Shown here: in pieces, positions 12,713-25,590 of the stretch
How positions within the stretch are numbered: the first letter of the stretch is position 1
How the letters are laid out: each line of letters opens with the position of its first letter
Origin: Lama guanicoe
Lineage: Eukaryota
Assembly (NCBI GenBank): GCA_013239625.1
Contig: MU057347.1
Span: 15,333,388 to 15,397,387 of the forward strand
Reading direction: 5' to 3'
DNA length: 64,000 nucleotides
Made by a program: the position numbers and the translations under genes
The notes under the pieces: model-generated
What the model saw: only the letters and a program-made list of their open reading frames with translations
What the model was told of the DNA's origin: nothing
Database searches by the model: none

Positions 12713-14506
12713 GTCTCTACCCTTGCACCTGTTGGTCATTAGCTGAGGGCTTGGGTAAGGCATTTCTAGCTCCCCTGATCCCAGGCAAAACTGGCTTTGG
12801 CAGCTCGAGGTGGACAAAGAGCCCAAGCACGGGGCTGCTGGGAGCAGGAGCGCGCCGGGAGTCCGTGTGCAGGGAAATGGGAGCAATCCTCAGGGATGCG
12901 CTGTCCTGATGTCATCTGTTCTAATCTGCGTAATCCTTACACCATGGCTTTGTTATATTTTCATTTATAGGAACTTCTTTTAAAACAAAAGTTGATCATA
13001 AGCAACATCATTGTGGCATCTCAGGCTTGGCACACTTGTGACATTTATTTCTGAGATACATTAAAATAAACACGAAACAATTAAAATAGAATCATATTTA
13101 TCTCTCGTCTCACCAATGGCACAGATTTTGGAACATTCTGGCAAAAACCAAGTTTGTTAATCTTCAGCAAAGGAATTCTGTTGAAAGAGCAGTCAATCAT
13201 TCTCTGATATGTGTAATTATGACTTTTCTTCTCTTCGATTTTATGAAGCCATTTGAATTCCTCCAATGTGTTACTTTGACACAATGCAATGTTTATGCAA
13301 CAATCATAAAAATTAATTGTCTTCCTTCTAGAAACTATTTAAAATACCCATCCTTGGCCTGCCTTATTGACATGTGCACATTAAAGTGTGACTATGTGAC
13401 AATAATAATTTTACAACAATGAATAAATGTCAAATTAGTTATGTTAAAACAGTAATTTGTCTACCTCCTTTCTAGTATGTATAATTATTAATTTGGGGGA
13501 AGTGTGCAGGAAATATTAAGTATCTTGTCAGAGCTGAGGTTCAACCTCCTAAGTGATGTTTACTTTCTCTTCTGAAATGTATTATTTGGGAGTTTCCTTC
13601 TTGTCCAGATCTGTTACTTGGTGGTCAGTAAGTTTTAGGGAAGTTCCAGACTGTGTCTTAGATTTCAAACCAGTGGCTAGAAGGTGTAGATCGCAATATA
13701 ACCACGACTTTCTGTTTATGAAAACTTTGTGGTTTTTTTTTTTTTTTGGTGAGAGAGGGGGCAGGTTTTTCTTCTGTCATGATAAGGATTGTAACTTCTT
13801 CATTTGCCAGGATATCTACACAGCTAAAACTAGAAAGCACATGTGCTACTTTTCATTCTTTGAATATTTCCTTAAATACATATCCTCAAAAACTCTTCCC
13901 AATGTAGGCTTAACTTTTTTGGCAGCGTTCTTTGCCATCATCTAAGATGATATGAAGAGATGAACTGAATCTCTCTCTCTCCTGTAATTATACCTAGTTT
14001 GTAACTTTTACACAAGTAATTTTTCAGGTGTATGCTTCCAGCACTCTTTCATTGGAGATGCACTTGGTGAAAAGCAATGTGGATATAATTGGGGTTTGTG
14101 GGTATAAATGGGGGCTCTGGTAGATTGAGGTTTAGCTCCCAAACTCCTCTTTAGTGTAATATGGTCCTATTGCAGAATCTCTTACTAGAAATTACAGGGT
14201 GCAACGTTCGGCATGATTTTCCTGAAGGCTTGACTATTAAAGCTGTTAACTGTGGCTGTTGGCAGAGCCCAGAGACCCAGGCTGTTCTGTAGGCCCCTCA
14301 CTAATCCTTGGCCAGTTCGAAGCCCACCTGCCTTTTACAGGGGCCAGCCCACGCCCCACCTGTCTTCTGGGTTTGCTTTGGGCAGGCCCCTCCCCCTCTC
14401 TGTCCCCTAGGCTGGGACCTGCCTCTGAGCGCTCAGCTCTTGCTCTCGTCCTCTCTCTTCCTCCTCCTCCTCCCCTTCCTCCTCCACTCACATTCCTTCT
14501 AGAAGG

Positions 14507-14710
14507 CAGGGCTGGGACTAGGGTGAGGGGGGTCTTGCAAGCGAAGGGGTAGATCCTGTCCTTTTAAAATTTTTTATATTTGTTCATTGTGGATTTTTTG
14601 CATTAATTAAAAAGATTGCATTAAGTATTATTTATCATGATTATTTGAGTTTTTCGGTGCTGCCTCTAATTTTTCACCTGAGGTGAGTGCCTCACTCTAG
14701 ACTTGGCCCT
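14507..14710. mobile_element. hAT-Tip100 MITE, MER96B-like, left arm mostly deleted
   Basis: cagggctgggactagggtgagg terminus; right arm tttgttcattgtggattttttgcattaatt...gaggtgagtgcctcact...ggccct. Confidence 0.7.
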
Positions 14711-15509
14711 CTTTCCTGATAAACTGGAGTAAATGCAGCACAGTCTTGACAATTCTTGCATCTGGATAATGAGTATGTGGGGGGGTCCTACTATTCTCCA
14801 TGTTTGAATTTTTCCAGTAAAAATACAACTTTACAAAAGTAAATAAAAATGCATGTGTTTATACATAATATACATGTAATAGGGAAAGCTTTGTTGTGTT
14901 GTTTTACATATATTATATATAAATATAAATATTAATTATAACTTTTTCCTTATGTTAAAAGTTCTGTTTATATTGTAAAAATTTGGAAAATATTTTTGCA
15001 AGTATGATGAAAACGATTAAACCCCACTTCTCAGAGGCTCAATGATATTTTAATGTACTGCTGTCCCATCTTTTGTGCGCATGTGTGTGTGTGTGTGTGT
15101 GTGTGTACATGTACATATAAGATGACATCAAACAGGGGCAGATGAGGACATCAGTTAGAAGGGCCCCCTGGCATGGAGATTTAGGCCTTCAACATTTTCA
15201 AATTTCATAATATATGCAACTGGAACCTTCTATTTTTGCTTACTGTATAATGTCATTAAATATTGACAAAGTGATTAAAAATAACCTCTTTCATGTCTAA
15301 TTCTGATTATAAAAGGAATATATGTTAATTTTAGAAAATTCCATGTTTGTATGTGAATGTGCACTACCTACCAAATTATCCTCCTACTGTACATACTATG
15401 TTGAGTTATATATTTTTACGGAACAAGAAATCACGAATATTTTTCCACGTCAGTCATATCCCATGATCTTTAATGGCTACCTTGTATTCCTGCAGGTTTT
15501 GGCATCTTG

Positions 15510-16065
15510 ACTGTCCCGATCCTCCCTTCACTCCTTATTAGCCGCAGATCTTGGGCAAGTTATTGGAACTACTCATGCCTGTTTTCTCACCTGTAAAGGT
15601 AGAAAGAAACAGTATATAAGTAAGTCAGATAGAAAAAGAAAAATACCGTATGATATTGCGTATACGTGGGATCGGAAAAAAAAGGACACAAATGAAATTA
15701 TCTACAAAACAGAAACAGACTCAGACATAGAGAACAAACGTATGGTTACCAGAGGATAACGAGGGTGGGAAGGGATAAATTGGGATTCTGAAATTTGCAC
15801 CTCTTGGGGAGTGACAGAAATGTTAGCTATCTTGATTGTGGTGTGGTTTCATTGGTGTACACATCTCTCAAAATTCATCAAATTGTACATCTGAAGTATG
15901 TGTGGCTTACTATACAGGAATCATACCATAGTAACAGCGTTAAAAAAAAAAGAAACAGTATATACCACATAAAGTTGTTACAAAGAGTACATGACACAAT
16001 GTCCATTAAGTCCTTGGAACAATGCCTAACATATTATAATCCATAAAGGCAAGCTAATAATAATT
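15510..16065 (+). mobile_element. MIR SINE interrupted by an L1 insertion
   Basis: tcttgggcaagtta...ttttctcacctgtaaa before the insertion; aagttgttacaaagag...aacaatgcctaacata after it. Confidence 0.75.
15603..15964 (+). mobile_element. 5'-truncated L1 3' UTR insertion (apparently chimeric) with 16-bp TSD
   Basis: aaagaaacagtatata at 15603-15618 and 15949-15964; poly(A) before the second copy; L1 3' UTR motifs aaaacagaaacagactcagacatagagaacaaacgtatggttacca. Confidence 0.85.
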
Positions 16066-19000
16066 TAATCATCGAATCCTCTGTGACTAGATGGTTTCCT
16101 AGTCTTTGCTTTTTAAGGTCGTGCTGTGAGCATCAACCCTTTTCTCAGGCTAAATTCTTAGAAGCAGAAATATTGGATTCAAGAACAGAAATATAAGTGA
16201 AGCTCATGCTATATAACACAGAGGTGCTTTCTGTAAAGGTTGTGCCAGTTTCTATTCCCGCCATCCACTGAAATATTTTAAATACAGGTTCTGCCAAGAT
16301 AGATGTTACTGTTATTTTCCATTGCTTTCATTAGAGACCTATGTCTTTTTCCTTTTCTAGTCCCTGGTCCTCACACTTATTTTAATATTATCCCCCATAC
16401 CTCATATAAATGACATCTTTTTTCATTCTTTGCTGAGCCGGTGTATAGACAAAATGAGCATTGTTTAAAGTAACACGGGGTCTTTTGTTTAAAAAGAGTG
16501 ATGCGGACACAGGTAAAGAGTGAGTGTTCCTTCTCTAATGTCCTGCCCACTACAGTAACTATTAACAGGTTTTGTGGTGTCCTCTGGGCTCTGTTAATAA
16601 TCATTTGAAACTAATACAGTGAATAAATTATATATTCTTGTTATAAAAATGAAAACAGTGTTCAAATGTATTTATGAATACTTATTTAAAAATGACATCT
16701 TACTATTCTTAGCGAATGCAGAATGCTTTTTGCCTTGAACCCTATGTCGGGGCAAACTTCCACACTGGTATGTGCAGATCCGCTTGGTTATTCCCAATGT
16801 CCGCCGAACAGTCTACATCCTGATGACTTGCCTCTAACCAGCATTAGTCAGTCATTCCCTATTGATGAACAACTGTCTCCAGTTTGTTGATGTTATAATT
16901 TGCTGCGTTCAGTATCTTTGTATCTATATCCTTGCTTATTTGTTTATGGATAAATATCTCAGTTTGGGGTGATGGGGGTGATTTAAAAAAATGCTAAGGC
17001 AGTCAGTAAGCAAAGACAGATAAGCTAAGATTTGAGAAAATACAGTAGTAATCTCTCTTTTCTCCCCAGCGGTTGTCTGAGGTGTTCCAACATAAATAAT
17101 ACATGTGCTTAATTTAAAAAAAAAAATGACAAACACAAGCCGTTCCTGCCCAAATTTCAGTTTTAAATTCTTATGTACAAATGTTAATTGTGTCTTGTTT
17201 TTTTTTCCTGCCTTTGCCGTGAAGTTTAATTTTTAACCTAAACCACCTTTAAAACAAATAATTTATTCCAAAGGTTTGCTATGTCATAACTGCCTGGTTA
17301 TTTGGATAATGGATCTGTCATATCTGAAAACAGACTAGTTATCCTGTGAAATTTATTTCAACATGCATTATCTGAACCACACTGCATGGATAAATATGAT
17401 AAAAAAATATGATGGATTTAGAAGCACAACACTCAAGTTTAGTATTTGGTCATTTTTATTATATTGTTGGGTCAGAAATGTAGAAGAAGATCAGCAGAGG
17501 AACTGTTTCTGCATCTTAGAATTTTTGCCTGTTCTCTTGCCTGGGAAGGAGGTAATTCTAGCCCATAAGCTCTTGAATGCTTTATAAGTAATAGAACCCA
17601 AGTGGGAAAAGCACATTCTATATTTTAATGCTGACACCCTCATAGGAAAAAAAAAATTAAAGATTCAGAATACTTGGCTGTGATTCAGTACCTAAACACT
17701 TCTTGGTGTTTTTCAGAATTCCCTGGAGACCCATAAATGCTTCCGTGCTGGAGGTACCCATTGTCGCTGCACACTTAGGCCAGTTTATCAAACTAACGAG
17801 CTCAAGAGTGATGCTATTTCCAGGCTCAACTCTGTGAGGGAGGGACAGAGAGAAAACAAAACCAAAATTCAGACAGAAGAGTAATCCTAAGGGCCAGCCT
17901 GACAAAAAATTTATTAACTCATACACACCAAATCTCACCCAGAGTAATAGTCTTTGTGGAGATTTTACTCTACAAATCTTATGCTAGTTCCTCTACTCCA
18001 AGCATTATAGATAAAGCACTGCGGTTTTCACACTGGGTGATGTTTATTGATGTAGACTTAAAAACAGTACTGTACAGTTTTTTTCCACTAACAGAATATT
18101 TGCAAATAAGTGTGAAACGGATAGAATGCATCTTCCTTTTGTTAGGTCCCTAATGTGCCTTTTAAAAATTAACAGAAGGGGAAGGAGGTCATTACCTTAA
18201 TTGAAAAAAAAAAAAAAAAAGGAGAAGGAGGTCCTAAGATTCATTGAGAGGAATTCTTTCTTTACCTTGGAATTTGAATGATGGGTAAAATTGGGGGAAA
18301 ATAGTGAGTTTCCATGTAATTTGTGTCATTGAAACAACCATTATATTAGAACAAATGATACAATATCAATAGATAATAGAAAATGGAACTTATACAGATG
18401 TGTATTTCTTAAAAGCTTTTGTGACCTATTATTTTCTAGCTATGTAGGCAAAAACTTGACACATGTTAGATACACTTATATCGATAGTAACATATCATAT
18501 AATTTAAAATAGTAAGTCCAACTTACAGTTCTGCCTGAGGCAATGCTGAATCATTTTGAAATTCAACTGATGTTTGTTTAAATAGATTATTCAAATATTG
18601 TCAATCAAAGATTAAGACAATTTCTCAGAGGTGACTTATTACAGTTTCAAAAATATTTACAACGTAACCAAATATGAATTTTTGGGGTCGTAAAGTTGTT
18701 TTTTTAGCACTACAAATTTGGGTTCTTTTTCATTTTCTTTCTTCTTTTTTTCTTTCCCCCTGCCCTCCTCTTCTTCCTTCTTCAACAAATTCACAGAAGT
18801 AGGAGGCCTTCTCTATTAACTTTATTGTTTATCAAAAAATTTTTTTTTCTTTTTGGCATATTTCAACATGTCATTTGGATGAAGCATGAAAAAATTTAAT
18901 TTGTCCTATGTTTTTTCTTGTTTTATGGTAGAAAAACAAAACCAGTAAATACAAATAATCTGCTAATATTTCTTAACCTTTATACTCGTGTCCTAGAGAA

Positions 19001-19349
19001 GAATTTTTTTTTTCCTGGAATGGCATTTAAAAAAAGAAAGTCAAGTATTATGTATATAACTGTTGTATTCTTGGTTACGTTTTAAAAACTTAAAACCATT
19101 ATTATTTCTTTTTTTTTTCTTTGGCCACCAAAGAACTCTAACGGACAGAGCATATACCTGTCTCATTAACGGCACTGCAGTGGTGGGCAGGTGTCATCGT
19201 CCCCACCTTATAGATTGGGAACTGTGGGTTCAGAGCAGCCAAATGACTGGACCCCAAAGCTCACAGTGAGCCCATGACAGGGCCATGATTTGTTCCTGCC
19301 GTTTTGACCTCTGCTTCAGAGGTATGACTTCAGAGGTACTTTTGATTTC

Positions 19350-19560
19350 GGTCAGTGGCAAAGCATGGGCTTAAATACCAGACAGCTTTGTGTTTGCATC
19401 TTGGCTGATGGCTGAGATTCCCTGGGCTTTATTCCCTCAACTATAAAAGAGGGTAATAATGTCTACTCCGGAGGACTGTTGGGAAGACCATGTAAGATAA
19501 TGATCTTGGAAAGCACTTAGCGCAGTGTTTGGCATGCAATACGTGCTCAGTCAACATCAT
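19350..19560 (+). mobile_element. MIR SINE
   Basis: ttattccctcaactataaaagagggtaataatgtctact...aaagcacttagcgcagtgtttggcatgcaatacgtgctcagt. Confidence 0.8.
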
Positions 19561-20460
19561 TCCAAAATGAGGGGTCGACAACATAAAATTTAGGATCTCA
19601 GGAGTTTGTGTGGGCAAGTCTAATACAATGAATGTTCCTCAGCAGTAGGAGAGTTGGTGGGATGGAGAAGCACCCCCAGGACCGCAGCCCTAGCTGGGAT
19701 GTGTGGTCAGGTCTCTGGGCTATTCCTACGCCAGCTGCCTGTCCCCTGACCTCTTCAGGAGACACCAGGTGTGCGTATCTCCCCACCCTAACTCCGGGGA
19801 CCACGGGAAGACTGGCACAGCCTCTTTCCCTGGAATACCAATCAACCTAGACTTTGTTGGGTCATGTCCTTAAGCAAGGAGATTGGTTGCACTGGAAAGA
19901 ATATGAGGCTGTGGAATGGAGGGGACAGAGCTGAGAGCTCAGAGCTTGAATCCCGACTCCACTCCTCACTGGCTTTGTGACCTTAGGCAAGTAGCTTAAA
20001 CCTCTAGCAACAACTTCTCACCTATAACGTGGGCATAGCCCAGTCGTCCTCTGTGGGCTTCCCTGTCCCACATCTGGAGAAGCGTCCACCTCTGGTTCCA
20101 AGGTTTCTTCTGGTGCCCAGCTCTCCCTTCAATACCTTTGCTGCATCCCTGGGAGACTTTGATCCAGACGTCATCTGCTGGAAGACAAGGGAAGCCCCCA
20201 AAAACAAAGTTTACTCAAAAAGTTAATTATTCAATTAACGTCCATCTTACCTTCTTGACTGTAAACTCCCCGAGGGCAGGGGCTGTGTTTGCTTCTCTCC
20301 CTGTTGGATAAGGGGCCAGGTGGCACAGGGGCGTGTGCTCAGCAGGTGTGTTCTGACTGTCCAGTGACTGGCCCCAGCAGTGACTCAGAATTAATCTTTC
20401 TAGCCGCACACAGTAAGGGCACCCCCCGCCAAAGGGCAGCTGAAATGTGCTTTTTGGTAT

Positions 20461-20474
20461 ATGCCACCTGGTGG
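20461..20474 (-). promoter_or_regulatory. CTCF core motif
   Basis: Reverse complement CCACCAGGTGGCAT versus consensus CCASYAGRKGGCRS (13/14). Confidence 0.6.
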
Positions 20475-20524
20475 AGATTGTTGGATTCATTTGTCTGTGA
20501 TCCTGACAAATAGGAATCCTTACT

Positions 20525-20527
<3 letters not shown>

Positions 20528-20555
<28 letters not shown>

Positions 20556-20698
20556 AATTTATTTTATTTTAGGGGGTGGGGAGGTAATTAGGTCTGTTTA
20601 TGTACGTATTTATTTTAGAGGTGGTACTGGGGATTGAACCCAGGACCTCATGCATTCTAAGCATGGACTCTACTACTTGAGCTATACCCTCCCCACCC
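20528..20698 (-). mobile_element. tRNA-derived SINE, camelid Vic-1-like, with 16-bp TSD
   Basis: Minus strand reads ggggagggtatagctcaagtagtagag (A box)...gggttcaatcccc (B box)...cctaattacctcccc and an A/(TA)n tail; TSD aggaatccttactttt at 20512-20527 and 20699-20714. Confidence 0.9.
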
Positions 20699-21295
20699 AG
20701 GAATCCTTACTTTTAATAGGTTAAGAGGAATGGTTACTTATGGACCATTGATTGGGTATCTACTTAACAGATTAAAAGACTGAATTTAATTTACCTAAAA
20801 AGTGATAATACATGATTTCCAGTATTGTCTGTAGAGCTCAGTCTCCCCAAATGTCTGCAAGACCTTTTGCCATAGATATGTGAAATGTGTGCTATTATTT
20901 GTTTTTACAAAATGAACTCGTTTAAGAAAATAAACCTAAATGACTATCCGAGCATCCTCTTCCAAATGACTGTCTATGAATTTGCTGTACTTTGCTGTGC
21001 CAAATTTCTCCTAATACACGGGAAAATAAATATTTACTTGGTGGAGTATAGACTCATCCTTTATGTCACTTGAGTGTGTGCAGCACACTTTGGGGAACCC
21101 CAGATGCGTCACTATTGAAGCCATGTTTTATGGGTTGTACCTGTTTGTTACATGTAGGAGGTTGGGGTCTCTAAATTCAGAGCTGTAGCCCCCTCTGGAA
21201 AGGAAAGGTGGTAGCTGGCTAGGGTGACCAGAGGGTCCCGGTTTGCCCAGGACGTTTCACTGCAAGTCCACCCCCTGGGAACCCCTCAGCCCTGG

Positions 21296-21313
21296 GCGCC
21301 CTCTAGGTGGCAC
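21296..21313. promoter_or_regulatory. Overlapping bidirectional CTCF motif
   Basis: Plus strand CCTCTAGGTGGCAC (21300-21313, 13/14); minus strand CACCTAGAGGGCGC (21296-21309, 12/14). Confidence 0.55.
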
Positions 21314-21478
21314 ACTCATAATTTACAGCTGCTGTCTTTTAAGATTTGACTCAGTTAGTCCAAAGACCTTGGGACCAGGAAGCAATGGCAAGGAGGAGAC
21401 AAATAAAAACCATCCTAGATGTGGAGGTAGGAAAACTGGGTTTAAGAAACGGACTCTATTGCTCATAGGTTTCTTAAT

Positions 21479-21955
21479 TGTCTTAATTTGGGTTTCTCTG
21501 GTAGCAGATCCTGAGATACTGATTCAAGTGCAAAGAGATAATTTGGGAGCTGACCCCAGGAAACACCTGTAAAGGAGTAGGGCAGTGAGACTAGGACTGT
21601 AAACAGCCAATACAAGATGTGCTATCAAGCAAGTTAGCACTTCGAGTAACTGGAGCCTCATCCCTCATGGGAACTCCAGGAGCTAGAATGGATTGCATGC
21701 CGCCCCTACAGGAGGGAGAGGGAGCTGGGGGATTTATACACCAATTTCTGCTAGTCATTGACTGAGAACTGCTCCTGGGGAGGTTAATTCTCCAAGTCTA
21801 CTGGTCTGCCCTGAGTGCATAAGGGGAGTGGTCCCTCCACGAGAAAGAGCTCCCAGGCAAAGAGATGGGATGCTGGCAGTAAGAAGCTGCTCTAGAAAGC
21901 ACTGCAATGGAAACACCTGGGCTGTGGGCAGACACTGACCAGGTCTGCTCCAACA
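21479..21955. mobile_element. ERVL LTR, LTR33-like
   Basis: tgtcttaatttgggtttctctggtagcagatcctgagatac...tttgggagctgaccccaggaaacacc...gatttatacaccaa...tctgctccaaca. Confidence 0.8.
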
Positions 21956-23084
21956 GCCTTGGGCTATTCTTGAGTTTTATTTTCTTCCATCATTTGAGAA
22001 GTTGTGGATGTGGACCACTGCCAGTAATGTAGATGATTTTGGTGCTACATGGACAGAGCTTCAAATAACACTGAATCCTGACTAGTTCAGTCCTTCTGGA
22101 AACATGGACGAGAAAGTCTACCTTGGGTGCTGCTTTGTCCTGAACACCTGTCTTCTCTTGCAACCTCCTCTTTCTCATAAAAGAGACCAAACCCCAATGC
22201 AAAACCCAGTTTCTAGAATGTAATCCAACCATTTTCTTTTAATTTTGTTTATTTGTAGGGTTAGTTCCTATTTATGGTATGTGATCTTGGTCTTTAAATA
22301 AAGGTCAAGCTGATGAAAGACAAACATGAAGGGAATAACGGTGCAGATGGTATGTTAATACAGTCAAAGTCGTGAAGGTGAGATGCTGAGTAAAATAAAC
22401 TCTAAATGTGCTCCTGCTTCTGAAGTTCCGCGTTTCTGTGTCGCTTTGAGAATGTTGTTGTTTTGGTGAAATTCCTGCTGTTGACCTTTTGGATCCTATA
22501 TTAAACCTTTTCAGTGTTTGAGGGTTTAAACTCTTCCCCCTTCACCTGTGTGATGAGCTCTTTAGTATACCAAATAGGGGCAAACTAGGATCGAAGGTTG
22601 TGTAAGGATGGCCAGTCTTGGGAATTTTCTGAAATACGCTGCGACAGGCTTCCTCAGCACCTTTCAATTCTGCCTAAAGAGGGGTTTTAATTTGGTCATT
22701 ATCATTGTCTGCATCAGGCCGCAGACAGCATCTGCAGACTTGTGCTGAAGGCCAGAGAAGTTTTTGTAAATGTGCCCTCATCTTACATTCATTTGGAATC
22801 AGACGTGCCAAATTCAAGGGTTTCTAAACAAGGAAGGGCATTCTAGTGATTGTTTCAAGCCTTGATATGTTTTGAGAAGAAAAAAGATATTTTAAAGACT
22901 AACCAATTGCATTTAACTTAATAGTTGAAGAGGGGAAACATTGGAAAATGCAGTGGTTTTAATGAAGAATGCTGTGATTTGAAGTAATATATTCTAAGCA
23001 TAGTCTGTTTTAACGACAGCAAATCTGAGATGCAACGTTTTCTGGAAATAGGTCAAGTTCCGGTATTTTGTATAAACACTCTAC

Positions 23085-23098
23085 CCACTAGAGGGCGC
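23085..23098 (+). promoter_or_regulatory. CTCF core motif (perfect)
   Basis: CCACTAGAGGGCGC, 14/14 to consensus, with intact CpG in AT-rich unique DNA. Confidence 0.8.
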
Positions 23099-25437
23099 TC
23101 TTAAGTCGTATATTTAATATTCTCTACCTTTTGGTAAAAATAATGAAAAAAATGATGATAGGGCTATGAATTCTCATACAATTCTTGTTGAGCATGTTAT
23201 GAAATTTTCTCCTAGACATTGTTTTATTTTCAGCTTATATGTGTGAAATTCCACTTTAAGAAGAATAACATGATCCTGAATCTTTCAATATGTATAAAAT
23301 CCCCGTGGTATTACGGTACCATAGAAGCCAAGACATAAGTTTAAATTATTGTCATCCCATAGATCTTGTGACTATTGTTTCTCTGTATATGCTGCTGCAC
23401 AAAGAAAATTTATTGTAAATATTAATACCATCCACTTAGATCCTTTGTGAGAAGACAAAGAGGGGCTGTGTGATCTAGGTGGGTGCTTCTGCTGGTTTTT
23501 CCAGAGTGACTTTTGTTGTCTCAGCCAATGTGCCAGGATGTTCTTTTAATTTGTTTTTCCGGATTTCAGTCTGTTCAGCGTGTATTGTTTTAGCTCCCTG
23601 ATAACCATGGCCTACTTTTCTTTTCTTCGATTCTGTTCTTCTAGATTCTCCTCCTTTCCCTTAAGATTTGGGCTCTCAGACTACACTGAACGAACCACAC
23701 CGAAGCCTGCCACCTTTAAGAATGAATTATGACTCCCCTTTCCGATTTTCAGAAAAGAAAAGTAAATTAATCAATAGGAGTTTCTCAATTTACGTTGTTC
23801 CACTGCATTACGTTTTTCTTAAACTGTTACGGTTTAAGGCTATAGCTTAATACGATATTGAAATAACGCAGACACGCAAAATGCAGCTATTTAAAGTTTT
23901 ATACGTTGGTCTCCGTGGTGTTCTACAGAAGACTTCATCTGCACGTGTTTGGGAATTCTGACTTTGTCCTGAAATTACAGTTCTTTTTTATTTTTATAAT
24001 TACACATATAATACAGGAATATACGCTTTCATAAAAATTCAAACAATAAACATTTCATAACATGATTTTTAACACAGAGGTAAACATTACAGTCCCTCTT
24101 TATGATTTCCTGAAAATCCTCCTTCTTCCCCAGAAGGAATCACCGTTCCCCTGTGTAGACTGCAGGCCTTTCCTATGTGTTTCTGTAGTTTAAAAACAAA
24201 TTGTTAGTTTTTTTTTTATTACTTTTACCTTATGGAATTATAGCCTCTGTATTGATATGTCCCTTTTCCTAGTTAACAAGAAAAGAAAATGTCTTTTTTT
24301 TCCACTGTGTGTAGATCTATGTCATTCTTCACAACCACTGGAAAATATTCCACAGTCTCTGTGGATGTTCTTTCATTTATGTCCAGAGATTGAGGTTGAA
24401 TCCAATTTTTAAAATATTTTACACAGCCCTGCAGGAGACACCTTTGTTTGTGTATCTCTGGCGCCACGTTGGTGGCTCTGTTGAATGAACCTCTGGGTGG
24501 CGAGGGAGTGTCTCCAGGTCACAAAGTCGGTTCACCCTTTATTATTATCAGTGATTCTACCTTCAGAATCATCTTCTCCCCCTTCTCACCCCCAGGAGTC
24601 ACCTAATAAACCTCCAGCCTGGGAGATGATCACAGAAGCTAGTGAGGATGTGGGAAAGCCTGGACGTGTGGATGCAGTGGGAAAGCTCAGCTCCTGGTTT
24701 CTCAGGGACATGGCTGTGCCTGAGCTGATTTGGTCTCTCAGAGAGAAGCGGCATTTGAGGCCGTTAATCTGCTAAGGTAAACGTTCCCTGGTTGAAGAAG
24801 AAATGAGAATTCAGCTCTGAACACTTGTGGAGTATCTGATCTGTGTAAGCTACGGTGCCAGTCATGGCTTGAATTAAAAAAAAGAAAAAAGTTAAATAGA
24901 GTCTGTGCTCACAGAGGGGGGCAGTAGCAGGGCTGGGTAAACTGAGAACACAACTAAATCTAATCCCCAGCAGGAGAGCGAGAGACAGTGGAGCAGGCCA
25001 GAGAGCGAGAGAGGCCGACTAGAGACACCACTGAGCTGTGGATGCTCTTGAGGGAGGCGGCAGCCCTGACAGGTCTTGAAAGATGGGCAGACCTCCATCT
25101 GTGATAATGAAGGAGGGAGGGGAGTAGCTGGGGTGGATGAACCATCATTTGAAAATGATACGTGTGCAGTCCCATCCTACTTTTCCACTTTGGTCCCTTG
25201 GCCTTTCTTATTCTTCCTATCTGGAGGACAGATGTGAATCCTGGAGGAGAAGCAGCCATTTTGTGACCATGCGGATCAATGCCTTAGGCTGAGGGTGTTG
25301 GAGCAGAAAGAAGGAAAGGTCTGAGGGCTTCACTGACCAGCCCTGGCCTAAAAACCTCTGGACTTCCTGTTGTAGAAAACGAATTACTTTTTAGGCCACT
25401 GGTTTAGAGTTTTCAGTTATTTGCAGCCAAAACTATT

Positions 25438-25590
25438 CTTTTTTTTTAAAAAAAATTGGGGTAAAATTCATATAACATAAAACTAACCATTTTAAAGTGA
25501 ATCCAATTCAGTGACATTTAGTACATTCACAGCGCTGTGCAACTACCACCTCTACATAGTTTCAAAACATTTTTATCCCCCTCCAACCAA
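25438..25590 (-). mobile_element. L1MB-like 3' end fragment
   Basis: aattggggtaaaattcatataacataaaactaaccattttaaagtg...ttagtacattcacagcgctgtgcaactaccacc. Confidence 0.85.

Noticed and set aside
20312-20326. Partial CTCF-like gggccaggtggcac
   Set aside because: The 5' CCA half of the core is missing; too weak to call
20620-20695. tRNA-like A/B boxes
   Set aside because: They are the head of the TSD-flanked SINE; no cloverleaf-supported tRNA gene
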